From: an uncultured delta proteobacterium
GTDB taxonomy: Bacteria; Desulfobacterota; Binatia; UBA9968
Assembly (NCBI GenBank): GCA_963737905.1
Contig: CAVTUQ010000014.1
Location: 96,001-160,000 of the forward strand
DNA: 64,000 bases
Direction of reading: 5' to 3'
Shown here: piece by piece, positions 45,038 through 57,866 of the stretch
How positions within the stretch are numbered: position 1 is the stretch's first letter
Layout: every line of letters begins with the position of its first letter
Program-made: the position numbers and the translations under genes
Notes under the pieces: model-generated
The model's input: the letters and a program-made list of their open reading frames with translations, nothing else
Database searches by the model: none
What the model was told of the DNA's origin: nothing

Positions 45038-48000
45038 CTATTTTATAGGAATATTACGCCAAAGAAGAATTGGTTTTTCAATGTTTGTCCATACCCAACC
45101 AGCATTGCGTATCACTGCTTGTACTGATCCGGTTGCGTTTCCTGCAAAGGTTGCCGAAGCTACCGTCCAAATTCCTTGCCAAACGATATCCGGAAGTCGG
45201 ACCTGATAACCAAATTGTAGAGTTTCGATCACATGCCCGATTGGGGTTGCCCCAATGGTCGTCCCAAGCTCTTGAGCGGCAGTTCGGGCGCCTTCTTTAA
45301 AACCCGACCAAGGGACGGAATTTGCCCCGGCATTTAAGCCCGCACTCCAGCCGATTCCAATGCCCAAAGCTAAACCCGTGTGTTTTCCTGCTGCATACGC
45401 TGTACTACATTGATCCACTACATCGCTCAGACCAATCGACGCCACCAATTCTTGCCGCAAGAGCTGTGAGATTGGAATCGCGCTATGCCCCAGAACTCTT
45501 TGCGTGAAGTTCCCCAAGTTCATGAAACCGCCCGACAAAAAGTCGCCTGTTCCGGCAGAGAAGTTAGAAACGTTGTCTAACCAATCAAGTCCATAAGGAT
45601 CGACTCGCCCGACTGGATTATTACCAACGAAACCATAGAAATTGAGGCCGGCCGCAAAACCATTTGGATCCTCACTGCTAAACCGCCCGGTCGCAGGATC
45701 ATAGAATCTGGCGCGGAAGTAAAGTAATCCGGTTTCTGAGTCCAACTCCCTTGCCGTAAACGTATATGGCTGAACAAAGTTTGCATCCAGTTGCGACTCG
45801 ATCTTTCCAAACGAAGAATAGCTGTAGCGCTGCACCACGGTTCCGCTTTGGTTCGTTATTTCCGTGATCGAGCTTAGGCCATCGGCATGGTAGAAGAACG
45901 GCTGAGCGTTCTTCTCCATGATCAGCGGTTCGTCGATCCCAGGGCCGTGGGTGTAGCGAGCGACGATACTGTTGGCACCGTTCAGTTCGAGCAGGATGTC
46001 TTCGTTGTCGTACACGTATCGCGTCGTTGTTGTGCCCGCATCGATTACTTCCTTTTCTACCCTCCTCCCTAAACCATCGTACTTGTAGTTCACCGTCTTG
46101 GTTGCAGTCATTACCCTAGCTAGCTTATTTTCGGCATCATACTCGTAAGTGGTGACCGCTCCGCCGATTTTCGCGGTCTTTCGGGTAGTATTCCCATTGT
46201 TGTCGTACTGGTAGGTGAAGTTAGCGTCTTCCAGAAGTTGATTCGCTTGATTGAACGTCGAAGCACCATTCTGGTTAGAGTTCCCCCTGTTGCCCACGGC
46301 ATCGTAGGTATAGTTTTCCAACGGATTTGACGGCAGCGGGTTAATCGCTTGGACCAGGCGATTTAAGGCATCGTACGTGTAGTTTGCCGTCCCATTGTTG
46401 TCAGCCTTGGAATTCCGATTCCCCACTTTGTCGTAGGTGTATGTAAAAGAATTGATCGTTGTGGCTCCGAGTTGATGAGCGATATTTAAAAGCTGCGACG
46501 CCGCGTCGTAGGTGTAGTTCGTCACTGTGCCGTTGGCATGGGTCATCGAAGTTCTTCGCCCAAGCGCATCGTAGGTAAAAGTCGTCGTCTGGCCCTTGTT
46601 GTTGGTCATCGATGTCAGCCGGTTCAAAGCGTCGTAGCTGTAGGTTGTCAGCCCGGTCGGATCGATCATCGAAGTGCGATTGCCGTTTAAGTCATACGTA
46701 TAGATGGGATCCAAATCGTCCAATTTTGGATTGGGGAATAGGGATGAAGAAGAGGTGCTGCATGGCGAGATAGAGGTTCGCATGAATTTCGGATTTCGAG
46801 TCTCGCTGCCCAAGTTCGAAGGCGGGAGCAACCATTCTTGGTTGCCGGCGGTCGCCAATGGACGTGAGACCTGTCGATGAGTCGGGTCGCCTCCGCCTTC
46901 ATTACCGGCGGCTGCTCAACGGTCGGCGCCAACAGGGCGAGCTGTTGTTCCGTATGGATAGTGCCGCTCTGGCCGTTGGGGGCACCTGATCCTATGCCAC
47001 CGGTGGCAGTGACTTGGGTGACAAGACTAAACGCCGTGACATCCGCGTAATATAGGGCTATCCTCCCACCACCTCCTCCACCACCACCCGACAACGTAGC
47101 CGCGCTCCCGTTCGCGCTCATCGACCCTGTCCCAGAAAGAGTACCAACATCAATGCGTATTCCCCCACCACTCCCTCCAGCAGCGGAGCCGCCACCTGCA
47201 GGCGGGCCGCCATTGGCCCAGATGGCTCCATTTAGCACAAGCGTCTGCGCTACAATGCGAATCAACCCGCCGCCATTGCCTGCATCGGCGCCATTAAAAC
47301 CACCGCCACCACTGCCGACATCGTTGGGATTTCTCAAATCCCCATAAACCGGATTTGAAGCTCCTCCACCTAGACCTCCATAACTTCCTCCGGCGCCTGA
47401 GCCGCTGCCCAACTGAAATCCCTGCGTCATTCCAGTCGTGTTGCTCGGGTTCCCCGGTTGTCCTCCGCCCAAAAACCCTCGACCGGTTACGTCCATACGA
47501 CTCGTCGCATCGATGGTGAGAGAGTTGACATTGAGAAGTAGTTTTCGAAGAACACTTGCAGTAGTCGGCGGATGGGTGACAACGCTGTTATCGGCAAGCT
47601 GAAGGGACGTGGAAGCATTGACCTCAATCGACTCCAAAGTGCTTCTGGTGGTTAATTGAATCGTGGACGCAAACAATTGGTTCAAGGCGAGTAAACGGCT
47701 ATCAGTTACAATCTGAATATCATTCACAACATTCAATAAACTATCGACCTTGGCCTTTGCACCGCGCCGAATCTTTACGGCCGTAAAATTCAATGAAGCG
47801 GCCGGAATTGCAAAAACCGGCGTCGTTTCATTAGGGGCAATCAGATTATTGTTATCGACTATGAGTTCTCCCCTCTCTCTTCCCGAACCCTGTAAATAGA
47901 CCGTACCGGCACCGCCATTGGTTGAACCCCCGCCAAACGTCGCGCCAAAAGCACTGACATTCCCAAAATTAAAAGTCGTTGCATTTTGATAATACACAGC

Positions 48001-51000
48001 GACTCTGCCTCCACCTCCCCCACCTCCTCCCGACGATAAAGCCGCACTACCGTTTACGCTAATCGACCCGGTTCCAGAGAGCGTCCCGACATCAATCCGT
48101 ATCCCGCCTCCACTGCCTCCAGCCCCAGCACCACTAGCCGGACCTCCGTTGGCTCGAATCGCTCCATCGAGTGCAATTGTCTGCGCTACAATGCGAACCA
48201 ATCCGCCACCATTGCCTGCTCGGCCACCACTGAAGCTACCGCCTCCACTACCGATATCGTTGGGATTCTTAAAATCTCCATAAGCTGGATTCGTGTTCCC
48301 ACCGCCCAGACCTCCGTAACTCGCGCCATTCCCTGAACCGTTAACGGCCTGAAAGCCAAGCGTCATGCCATTAGTCGGGCTCGGGTTCCCTGGCTGCCCT
48401 CCACCCAAAAACCCCCGACCTGTCACGTCTATGCGACTCGTCGTGTCGATAGCGAGAGAATTAACAGTGAAATCCAATTTGAAAGCCGCCGCAGCGGTCG
48501 TAGGTTCATGCGTGATGACAGCATTGTTGGTGACCGCGACTGAAGCAGCGGTGAGTGGTTTTGTAAGAGTCAGTGTCGAACTCCCGGAGACTTCTAGATT
48601 AGCAGCAAGATTGATTTGATCGTCGATCTTGACATTCGTAGTACGCCGAACCCGTAGATTACTGAGCGCCAGTAACCCGGAAGCTTGTGGAAGAATCGGT
48701 GTGGCTACCGCAACAAGATTATTATTGTCGACTATGAGTTCTCCGTTCTCTCTTCCCGAACCCTGTAAATAGACCGTCCCGGCACCGCCATTGGTTGAAC
48801 CCCCGCCAAACGTCGCGCCAAAAGCGCTGACATTCCCAAAATTAAAAGTCGTTGCATTTTGATAATACACAGCAACTCTGCCCCCTCCTCCCCCACCTCC
48901 TCCCGACGATAAAGCCGCACTACCGTTTACGCTCATCGACCCGGTTCCAGAGAGCGTCCCGACATCAATCCGTATCCCGCCTCCGCTCCCCCCAGCCCCA
49001 GCACCATTAGCCGGACCTCCGTTGGCCCGAATCGCTCCATCGAGTGCGATCGTCTGCGCCACGATACGAACCTGGCCGCCCCCGTTACCTCCCTGATTTC
49101 CACTGAAGGCGCCACCGCCACTACCCACGTCATTCGGATTCCTGAAATCCCCGTAGAGCGAGTTCGTATTCCCGTTGAAAACACCGCCCAGACCTCCGTA
49201 ACTCGCGCCATTCCCTGAACCGTTAACGGCTTGAAAGCCAAGCGTCATGCCATTAGTCGGACTCGGGTTGCCTGGCTGACCTCCACCCAGAAATCCCCGA
49301 CCCGTCACGTCTATGCGACTGGTGGCATCAATCTGGAGGGTCCCGGTTACTAGGATATCTAGTTTCTTTACGGTGCTCGATGTGGTCCCGCTCTGCGTAA
49401 GGATGGCTCCGTTGAGTAACACGAGATTGGCAAATGTATGAGATCCGTCAATCGTCAGGGTTTTGCCGCTAACCTGGATTGTTCTTCCATCGAATTGTCT
49501 ATTGTTCGCATCGATCAAAGTATCGGTGTTTATGGGGACGACAGTTTCTGCAAGCGTCGCTTCCGTGCCTGAAGTCGAAGAGAGTAGCCGGTTTGCCAGA
49601 TCATATTGGTTCACGACTGCAACTACGGGGTTGGTCACTGTTGTAAGATTTCCAACGGAGTCATAGCTAAACATCGTAACCTGCGCGCCGACCTCGCTGG
49701 ATGTGGCCGGACGCGTCTTGCTGATTAAACGATTTAGCGCGTCGTAGTCGAGAGTCACCGTCTCTCCATTGCGGTTGGTGGTAGAAGTGAGATTCCCGTT
49801 GGTATCGTAAACGAAGCTCTCCGACAGACCCAAAGGATTTGTCGCGGAGGTGAGGCGATCCAAACCGTCGTAGGCGAAAGTGGTCGTTTGATTTTTCGCG
49901 TCTCTGACCTGTGTAAGGTTTCCTTTTGGGTCGTAGCTGTACTGGGTAATCTTTAGAGCCGCGTCCAAGACGGAGATAAGGCGGTTCATCGGATCATAGA
50001 CAAACTCCGTAGCTCTGTTCTCCCCATCTGTGGACTTAAGGACATTGCCGGCATTGTCGTAAGCCAAGGCTGTAACGTCGCCCTTGGGATTGGTCGTGGT
50101 TACGAGATTACCCTTGCCGTCATAAGTAAAACTTGTGGTGGTTTGAATCGGAGTTCCAAACGCAGATGTAATAGAGGTTACAAGGCCGCGGATATCGTAT
50201 GACACCTGGGTCCGGTTCCCCAAGGCGTCGATGATCTCGACCGGGTTACCTTTCTCGTCATAGTTGATCGTCGTCGTGTTCCCCTTGGGATCACGAATGG
50301 TTCTCACTTGGTTGAAGCTCGGCTCATAAGTAAACGTCGTCGTTGCGCCGAGCGGATCTGTCGAACTCAGCAGATTGCCCTTGGCATCGTAGGTCATCGT
50401 TGTAATTGCGCCATTGGAACGAGTGATCCGGGTCGGATTACCGTTTGCGTCGCGCTGGGTTGCAGTCGTGTGCCCTAGAGCGTCGGTCTGGGCGACGATT
50501 TGGCCCAAGGAGTCCAGAGTGAATCGACTCGGATTTCCCTTCCCATCGGTGAGCGTAGCAGCGGCATTCTGGCTCAGGACGATGGGCGCGGGATGGGTGG
50601 GAGTGCCCTGCCCGTTTGCGATATCGGCGAGCCCACGGATTTTACTCGAGGTTAAAGAGCGTGTCTCGCCTGTGGGACGGGTCGATTGGGAAAACCTACC
50701 GGCAAAATCGTATAGGTAGGTGGTGCTGTTTCCCCTTTCGTCGGTGCCCTGGATAACATGCCCTTTATCGTCGTAGCCATAGCTCACGAAACTGCCGTCC
50801 GGATGGGTTGTGCGGATGAGATACCCGGAGGAGTCATACTGAAATTGGGTCTGTCTGCCTGATGGATCCGTAATTCGCTGAAGCTTCGCTCCGGCATAGA
50901 CCAATGCAGTGACAAGTCCGGCCGGATCGGTAACTGCGGTCAGCCTATTGCCCGCATCATAGCTATAGTTGGTCGTGTTACCGCTGCGATCGACCACAGA

Positions 51001-54000
51001 AGTTTGATGACCTTGGGAATTGAAATTAGCTCTAGTTCCGTCTTTGAACGTCCGCGTGAACGTGCCATCGGGATTCTTGATCAACATGGAGAAGTCTCGC
51101 GGCGGCGAGGTAAATGTGTCCGGCCCGCCGGAGAAGAATAGAGCCGTGCCGTCTCCGCTCGTCAGCAACAGAGTGCCGTCGGCCTGTGGATGAAGCTGCT
51201 GCAGGCCTGTAACGGCCCAGCCTGCACCCATGGGGCTGCTCTTTCGATTCACGACGATTACATTACCGCTTGCAATCCCACCGATAGACGAATTCAGATA
51301 GTTGCTAAAAACCGTCGCCTGGTAAGGATAGCGGCCGGACACCAGGTTGGATGCATCAAACTGGATGGAAAGACGAGAGATAGAATCGGCATCTTCAGGA
51401 AGGGAACGGGCGTCGGTGAAGACTTCGCCGCCTTGCTGGACGCCCCCGACGACCAGCCGTGTCGAATAGCTATTCGGAACCGCAGCGCGGACATTTAGCG
51501 TCGTATCCAATGTTATGATCGGCCTGGGATCAGCAGTTATGGAGCTGTAGGTGAGCGAGAGGCTCCGGTTTTGGCTGAGCGAGCGATAAGAAGGTAAATT
51601 GTGGGTAATGTAGAGACTTCCCTCTTCTAGATTAGCCTCGGAACCTACCGCGGTGCGGCAAGATCCGCAAAAATTGCTTCCTTGATTCGGTGTTGGTACC
51701 GGACTGCTCGCCAATGGAAAATGCCAGGCGCTGGCCGTGACTCCTCCCTCGACGGTGATGATACTCTGGCCATCGGCAGAGATCGCCGTCTTGCCCACAA
51801 TATTAAAAGTCCCTGTGTCAGGGCTCAAAGACCAAAGGTTGAGCTCGTTTCCTGGCAGCATGCCGTCCGCATTGGGGAAAGTCAGACGGGCTGGTGGATT
51901 GAACCTGATACCGGCGGGCTGGATTGTGATCGCCATTCCGGGCCTTAACTCCTCCGGCCTCGACTCCGGGCGACCGTAGTCAGGCACCGGATTGACCGAC
52001 AGCTTGCCATTGAACGGCGTACCGTCGGCATTCCGCGCGGAGCCAGCTAGTATAGTTAGCTCAACTCCGGGAAGATTCGAGTTGGTCACTACGGTATTGA
52101 AGTTGGAACTCACCTGGACTTCGGATTCGACATCGACGTCAGGAAGAGTAATAGGAGAACCGAGTTCGTTTAGAACACCATCAATCAAGTTCACTGACAC
52201 GGCAAGAATCGCGAACACACCAAGATGGGCTTCTCTCCCATTGACAATGAGTTGCTGCTTGCCCGAAGGAATCCCGGTAATAGTGAAGTATCCGTTGTTG
52301 GCGGAAAACCCTGTCTGCCCAGTGGCTTTTAGGGTTACCTTGACGTTGCCCAGGGGCGATTGGTTCAGGTTGTAAACTTTGCCTCTGACCGCGGTCGTCC
52401 CGCCAGGCGGAGGATTCGGGACGGTAATGGTAATTGTCTCCGAGGTGGAGATTTGGCCGCTCAAGGCAGTGAAAGTGAGCTGATAGCTACCGACCTGCAG
52501 CATATCCGGCGTGAACGTGAAAACACCCGTTGCAGAGGTGAAATTTGCGTGATTCGGCAGCGGCAGTGGAGACACGAACAAACTCACCGGACCGCCGCTC
52601 GAATTCGTGGCACTGACAGTGAACTTGAGCGTTTGGCCGAGGTTGACAGTTTTATTGCCGATGGGATTAAGAACCAGGCCGCCCACCGCGATCGTGGCTG
52701 TTGTCTGGGAGACGGCGGTAGCACCGAGAGCGTCAGTAACAGTGAGAGTGACCCCGAAGGTTCCGGCCGTCCCGTAAACGTGGGTCGGTGTAGCACCTGT
52801 GGCCGCACCGCCGTCGTCAAAGTTCCAATTGAAAGTGACGCCATCTCCATCGGGGTCGGTGCCGGAACCAGAGAATTGAATCGGCACTCCGACATTGCCG
52901 ACGTAAGGACCGCCGGCATTAGCTGTAGGCGCGTGGTTGACGTGAATGACGGTGATGGTGACCGTAGACGGAGTACTGTATAGCTGTCCGTCATTCACGA
53001 CGAGCTGAAAAACATATTCCCCGAGACTGAGTGGCGTAAATGTCGGCCTTACAGTAGTCGCTCCGCTGAGGTTCGCGTTTCCTCCAGGCTGAGCAATGAT
53101 CGTCCATTGATAGGCTAACGTCGCCCCCTCAGGATCGCTGCTTTGACTCCCGTCCAGGGTAACGAGCTGACCGCCAAATACAGTCCGATTCGCACCGGCA
53201 TGGGCAAGCGGTGGCGCATTGGGAAACTCGAAGGCGCCGGCATCGAAGGACGCCACCCGATCGGCGTTGCCGTCCGCCGGGCGGATGCCTTCGATTGCGA
53301 AGTCCGCCTCAAAGATCGGATTGAACGTCGGGTTGAACCCGAGTGTCCGCGGGTCGATCCCGACATCGATAGCAAAAGAATTTACCCTCAGACTGAAATC
53401 ATCGTCCTCGCTGTTGGGCAAATTGTCCGGGCCGTTTAGGTTTACAAAAAGATTCGACGCCACGTTGCAGCCTGGAAGCGCAGCCACGCCCACACCCTCG
53501 GTTCCCTGTGGTGTGAAATTTCCGGAATCCGTGGTGTCCAGAACCGGTCCGTTGATCTCACCAAGCGTGTTGCCACAGACAAGATTGTTGCGTAATTTGA
53601 TACCCGCAGGTTGAGGGCTATTGGAACTCTCTCTTTTAACGCCAAATCTTCCGCCGGTTGATCCGGACGCCGTACCGTTTTTATTGATGATATTGTTGGC
53701 GATCGTAACGACGTGATTTCTCGTCACGTCGATACCGTTCCACTGGTTGCCGTAAATAGTGTCGTTGATAATGTAATGTGGCCCACCCTCGGCGTCCTCA
53801 AAGGCAATACCGTTGCGGCCGTTGCTATAGATTAAATTGTTCACGATCATCGTGCCCGGATTACCCCGCGCGATGGTTATACCGCCGTTGCACGAGCTGC
53901 TGCCGTTGCCAAAAATGCGGTTGAGCTCGATGTGGATGTCTTGATTGGCATTGTTACCGCCCATCATAGAGATCGCTTGCGCACCGGTTCCGGTAATCGT

Positions 54001-54381
54001 CAAGCCGCGTAGGGTTACGAATTTCGATTGTTTGAATCGGATCGCCCATTTCTCGGTACATTGCGGACCCGGCGCGCCGGTTAGGACAACTTGTCCGGGC
54101 GGAAGCGCTGGATCCGCTTCAATGACAATACGATCAAACTCGGTTGCATTGGGAAATTTATTTTTCTCGATCGCGACTTGTTCAGGATAGGTGCCGGTTT
54201 GGATGCGGACGATATCGCCGGGCTGTGCGACATCAACGGCGTCTTGAATCGTGGTGTAACAGGGAGCCTGTCCACCGCAGGCAGGATCCGTGCGACTGAC
54301 GAAGATGATGCTCTGTTGCGACTCTACCGGCCGCGGACAGAACAATATGAAGAAGGTCACAAAGCCTAGGAGTTTTCTCAC
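45038..54381 (-). CDS. Giant secreted RHS/YD-repeat polymorphic toxin (about 3100 aa), one frameshift near 46860
   Basis: Signal peptide, pectin-lyase-like beta-helix, 2 PKD (ANAGGPY, WNFDDG), Ig, carboxypeptidase-regulatory-like domain, YD repeats, RHS core YFRARFYDP..GRF.SEDP...NPV..VDPYGL. Confidence 0.9.
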
Positions 54382-54882
54382 AGTCGCCTCCCGATGTTGA
54401 ATTAAGGAGTCAAATCAAACCGGCTTATGAACCCCCAAAATGGCGGCCGAATATATTGATCGAGTATCTAGGGTGTCAATAGGGCCTGCGAGAAATTAGC
54501 CCACTGAAGACAAAAAAAGGTTGCAGCTCTCATTGCGGTACAGGGTGGAGAGCAATCGGCTATTCTAACTTTTCGTTCGCATGCCAAGCGACTGTAAGCT
54601 TGACTTACATTTCACAGCTGCAAAAGTCGTGAAGATCTCGCCGGTGCGACTCCACGCGGCTACGTCTGAAAGCGTTTAGAAAGTAAAATGAAATTACATT
54701 TGGATCATCGTAAATTCACCAACTCCACAAGCAAGTTATAGCCGCGGAAGGTGCCGACTGAAATCACTGTATGACGACTTTACAACCGCTGCCGGAATTA
54801 TCTTTTCTAACTCCTTGTGTTTGCACGCAAAATAAATGGTTGCGCTTTTGCTTTCGAGAACCTGGAAGGATTCTTCCTTGTT

Positions 54883-55182
54883 ATGGAGCTCCGCACCCAC
54901 CCGCTTATGTCCTACCGCGGCCGTCCGAACTGGCCTCCCCGTTGGGTTTGGCTTGGTGGAAAGAAAAACGAGCGCCCGACAGGCGAAGTCGGTGTTCTGA
55001 AAGAGGTAAGCAAATACTCGCTTTTGTCGTCGGACGGTTTAACCCTGGTGATAGAATATAATGAAAGCGCGTATATGGGTTTGCTGTTGTTTGACGATTT
55101 TGGAGTTTCCCGGAAGATCCACGATCTCTTCAAGACCCTTCGGGATCGCCCTATCGCGGAAATTGGTAGCCTGGATATATAA
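54883..55182 (+). CDS. Hypothetical protein
   Basis: 99-aa ORF with NWPPRW motif; sigma54-like TGGTTGCGCTTTTGCT at 54837-54852. Confidence 0.6.
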   Translation: MELRTHPLMSYRGRPNWPPRWVWLGGKKNERPTGEVGVLKEVSKYSLLSSDGLTLVIEYNESAYMGLLLFDDFGVSRKIHDLFKTLRDRPIAEIGSLDI

Positions 55183-55211
55183 GCCAACCAACTTTACATC
55201 TATCTGTCAGA

Positions 55212-55628
55212 TCATGTTCCGGTTTTCGCGATGACTCGTGGCTGGGATCTCTTTGGGTGGCTTCCATGTTCCGCTTGGGCAGAATGATTCTTGAGCTTTG
55301 CTTCCTTCCAGCACAGGAGCCCCTGACGTATGTAATCGGGATAGAGTTCTAAGGTTTCACAGATATTCTCAAAAGAGAAAAACCAATCACTATTTTTTTC
55401 CAGAATCCACTCTTCGGCTTCTTGAAATAATCTTTTTTCTCTCTCGCGCTGTGCAAGCGCATACTTCTGGAAACATTCAATCGCGCTATCCAGAACCGCA
55501 AGCATCAGCGCTTCTTCTCCCTCACGGATCTGTTTTTTGTACAGTTTCTCAATCGCTCCACGGTCCACTGGATCGAGTGAAGACCATCCGTCAGTGAGGG
55601 ATCTTTCATAATTGTTTCTTCTCAACAT
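55212..55628 (-). CDS. Conserved-looking hypothetical protein (LMLAVL...AEEWI...FSFENICETL...YIRQGL)
   Basis: 138-aa ORF; sigma54 site TGGCATGACTTCTGCG at 55694-55709 (-). Confidence 0.7.
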   Translation of the reverse strand: MLRRNNYERSLTDGWSSLDPVDRGAIEKLYKKQIREGEEALMLAVLDSAIECFQKYALAQREREKRLFQEAEEWILEKNSDWFFSFENICETLELYPDYIRQGLLCWKEAKLKNHSAQAEHGSHPKRSQPRVIAKTGT

Positions 55629-55925
55629 AGGTGTGGGTGCCTTTAAAGTGTGGGCATCTGCTTATGGCAGAATGTCAGCCCAAGCGACTCAAGCGCAGAA
55701 GTCATGCCATGGGCAACGACGACAGCCTGGCAAATTCTGTCCCGTCTTTTCAGTGCTGATCGCTTGGGAAAGCAGGCGGCTCGGACCCTGACCTGGGTCG
55801 CGATTTTCAAGACAGGCAAAGTTGCCGGAAATCGGTTTCCCGGCGCCGATGTTTCGGCTCTCCCTACAACCTTGACGGAATCACCAAAGCAGGGGACAAT
55901 ACGTCGCTAAGAACGGAGGCCCACA

Positions 55926-56222
55926 ATGCAGCTAAAATTTGCCATAGAAGAGGCGACGCCCTCGACGGCGCACAAGTCAACGGCCCAATACAGCATCGTG
56001 GCTTCTTGCAACAAATGCGCTGGAATGCATGACATGGGGATCTCTGTCACGATGGAAAATGGCCCCGCCAGCAAGCAGAGCATCGGCGAACTCTATGATG
56101 GAAAAAGCCTTCCAAAATCCCTAGCAAACCTTACCCAAAATAGCGTTACATGCCCCAAGACCGGTAGGCAGTCTACCCAGAGAAACAACCATCAAATCTT
56201 TTTAGTGCCAACGAAGAATTGA
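55926..56222 (+). CDS. Small Cys-containing hypothetical protein
   Basis: GGAGG RBS; CNKC..H and CPKTG. Confidence 0.65.
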   Translation: MQLKFAIEEATPSTAHKSTAQYSIVASCNKCAGMHDMGISVTMENGPASKQSIGELYDGKSLPKSLANLTQNSVTCPKTGRQSTQRNNHQIFLVPTKN

Positions 56223-56265
56223 TCGAACGCCCCGGTTCGTTATCGTTCCTTGCCGCCAGGGAGGC

Positions 56266-56499
56266 TTATCTATCGCGGTTGACCTGGTATTTGCGGACAG
56301 GTTTTATCGGAGTTCGCGCTTTCCCTCTGACAACCAGCGCCCAAGCAATCTGGTAATTGCAATGCTTGCACCAGCCGCTCACCGCCCGGATCGAAGAGCG
56401 GTATGAAAGTCGAGACACTATGACGCCGAAATAACCGGCGCACTTGGGACAGCTTCGGGCGAGATATCTTGCCGCTTGGGGTGCAGGAACGGTTTTCAT
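56266..56499 (-). CDS. Zinc-ribbon-like small protein
   Basis: CPKC and CKHC; sigma54-like TGGTGTGCGTTTTGCT at 56513-56528 (-). Confidence 0.55.
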   Translation of the reverse strand: MKTVPAPQAARYLARSCPKCAGYFGVIVSRLSYRSSIRAVSGWCKHCNYQIAWALVVRGKARTPIKPVRKYQVNRDR

Positions 56500-56734
56500 A
56501 CGCAGGCAAGAGAGCAAAACGCACACCACAGGAAAAGTCTGGAAACGCGCCGCACTTTAGCGACAGAGTTAGAACAATTTGACAGCCTCTGGCGTCAAAT
56601 TGTCAATCAATGGCAATATCGGGTCTTCTCTCTGGCTCGCTCAGCAAACGCGTAGATCTTTTCTCTTGCTGGAATCACAACTCGTTGCTGCTGCGAGAGG
56701 GAGAAGAAGAATAGTAAAGTATGTAAACCGAACG

Positions 56735-57106
56735 CTAAGGCAGGATGAACTTTTCTATCGTGGCTTTCATCAACTCCATTGAAACCGGCTTTTCCAAGTA
56801 ATCCACCATTCCTATCCTCAGCACCTTTCCTTTCCACTGTCTGGAACTCCAAGCCGTTTGAGCAACGATCGGAATATGCGCCGTGTTGGGATTCCCTTTT
56901 ACAGCCTTGGCGGCATCCATACCGGAGATATCAGGGAGATCGAGATCCATCAGGATCAGGTCGGGTTTTTCGGAAGTCGCCTTTTCTATTGCCTCTGCTC
57001 CATTTGCAGCCTCTATCGTGTCATAGCCGCAAAAACGCTTCAGTATGGCAACAAGAATGGTTCGCGAGTCATCACGGTCTTCAACGACCAGGATTCTTTT
57101 GCTCAT
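56735..57106 (-). CDS. Stand-alone receiver protein (DivK-like)
   Basis: RILVVED, PDLILMDLDLPDISG, IPIVAQTA, YLEKPV. Confidence 0.9.
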   Translation of the reverse strand: MSKRILVVEDRDDSRTILVAILKRFCGYDTIEAANGAEAIEKATSEKPDLILMDLDLPDISGMDAAKAVKGNPNTAHIPIVAQTAWSSRQWKGKVLRIGMVDYLEKPVSMELMKATIEKFILP

Positions 57107-57179
57107 GGAGTCGTTCTTCTATTAAGATCGAACCGCATCAGCGAGAATTTGAGCGCTCCTGACACGAGCGCGGGTTACA

Positions 57180-57866
57180 CTAGGATTGCGCCAATTCCTT
57201 TGCCCCGACAACGATGATCGCGGTGTCTTTAGTCGGCATCTCCAACACCGTCATGAAGATGTGAGGCATACCTTCCATGCGAATGCCTTGAGTGATCTCG
57301 ACAGAAATTCCTACCTTCAGCGGTTGCGCGATTTTAACCGCCTTGACTTGGCTGTTCGGTGACGTCCCGGTCACTTCGAATACGATGGCGTCGTTGGTTA
57401 TTTGGAGAATTTTCAGCTCGAGCTGATTTTCGCCTTTGACCGAATAATTGAAAACAAACTGTTGCGTTGATTGACCCGCGAGACTTATGGGTCGTATGGA
57501 TGGATTTCTAAACCCCAGGGCAGCCGCCTTCGACCGATAGAGGTTCGTTTCGAGAGACACCACTCTTTCGGTTAGGTTACTGGTTCTCTCTTCTAATTTC
57601 GCCAAGAGAACTTTTGCGTCGGCAAGCGCTGTGCTTGCATCCTGGGTAGCGGGGAGGTTTTTTTTCTTCGCTTGAGCACGAATTAGGACGTCATTGTTTA
57701 CATACCCGTAGAATAGCGAAACGATGCCTATAGTCGCTGCGACCAGGAGACCGGCGGCGGTCACATACTTTAGAATATTTAGTTTTTTACGGGCCTGTGG
57801 GGACCTCGCCTGGTCGTGAAGAAACTCGGGCGGATCGAACTCAAACTCTACTTCCGGCTGGCTCAT
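57180..57866 (-). CDS. Single-TM hypothetical protein with coiled coil
   Basis: GAGG RBS; TM; sigma54 site TGGCATTGCCATTGCT at 57899-57914 (-). Confidence 0.7.
   Translation of the reverse strand: MSQPEVEFEFDPPEFLHDQARSPQARKKLNILKYVTAAGLLVAATIGIVSLFYGYVNNDVLIRAQAKKKNLPATQDASTALADAKVLLAKLEERTSNLTERVVSLETNLYRSKAAALGFRNPSIRPISLAGQSTQQFVFNYSVKGENQLELKILQITNDAIVFEVTGTSPNSQVKAVKIAQPLKVGISVEITQGIRMEGMPHIFMTVLEMPTKDTAIIVVGAKELAQS

Noticed and set aside
46687-46860. Programmed frameshift splitting the RHS into two proteins
   Set aside because: No slippery heptamer evident and the background indel rate is high; cannot be supported without reads
47000-49330. Diversity-generating retroelement TR/VR pair within the RHS repeats
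   Set aside because: Differences are not adenine-specific, both copies are in-frame coding, and no reverse transcriptase is present
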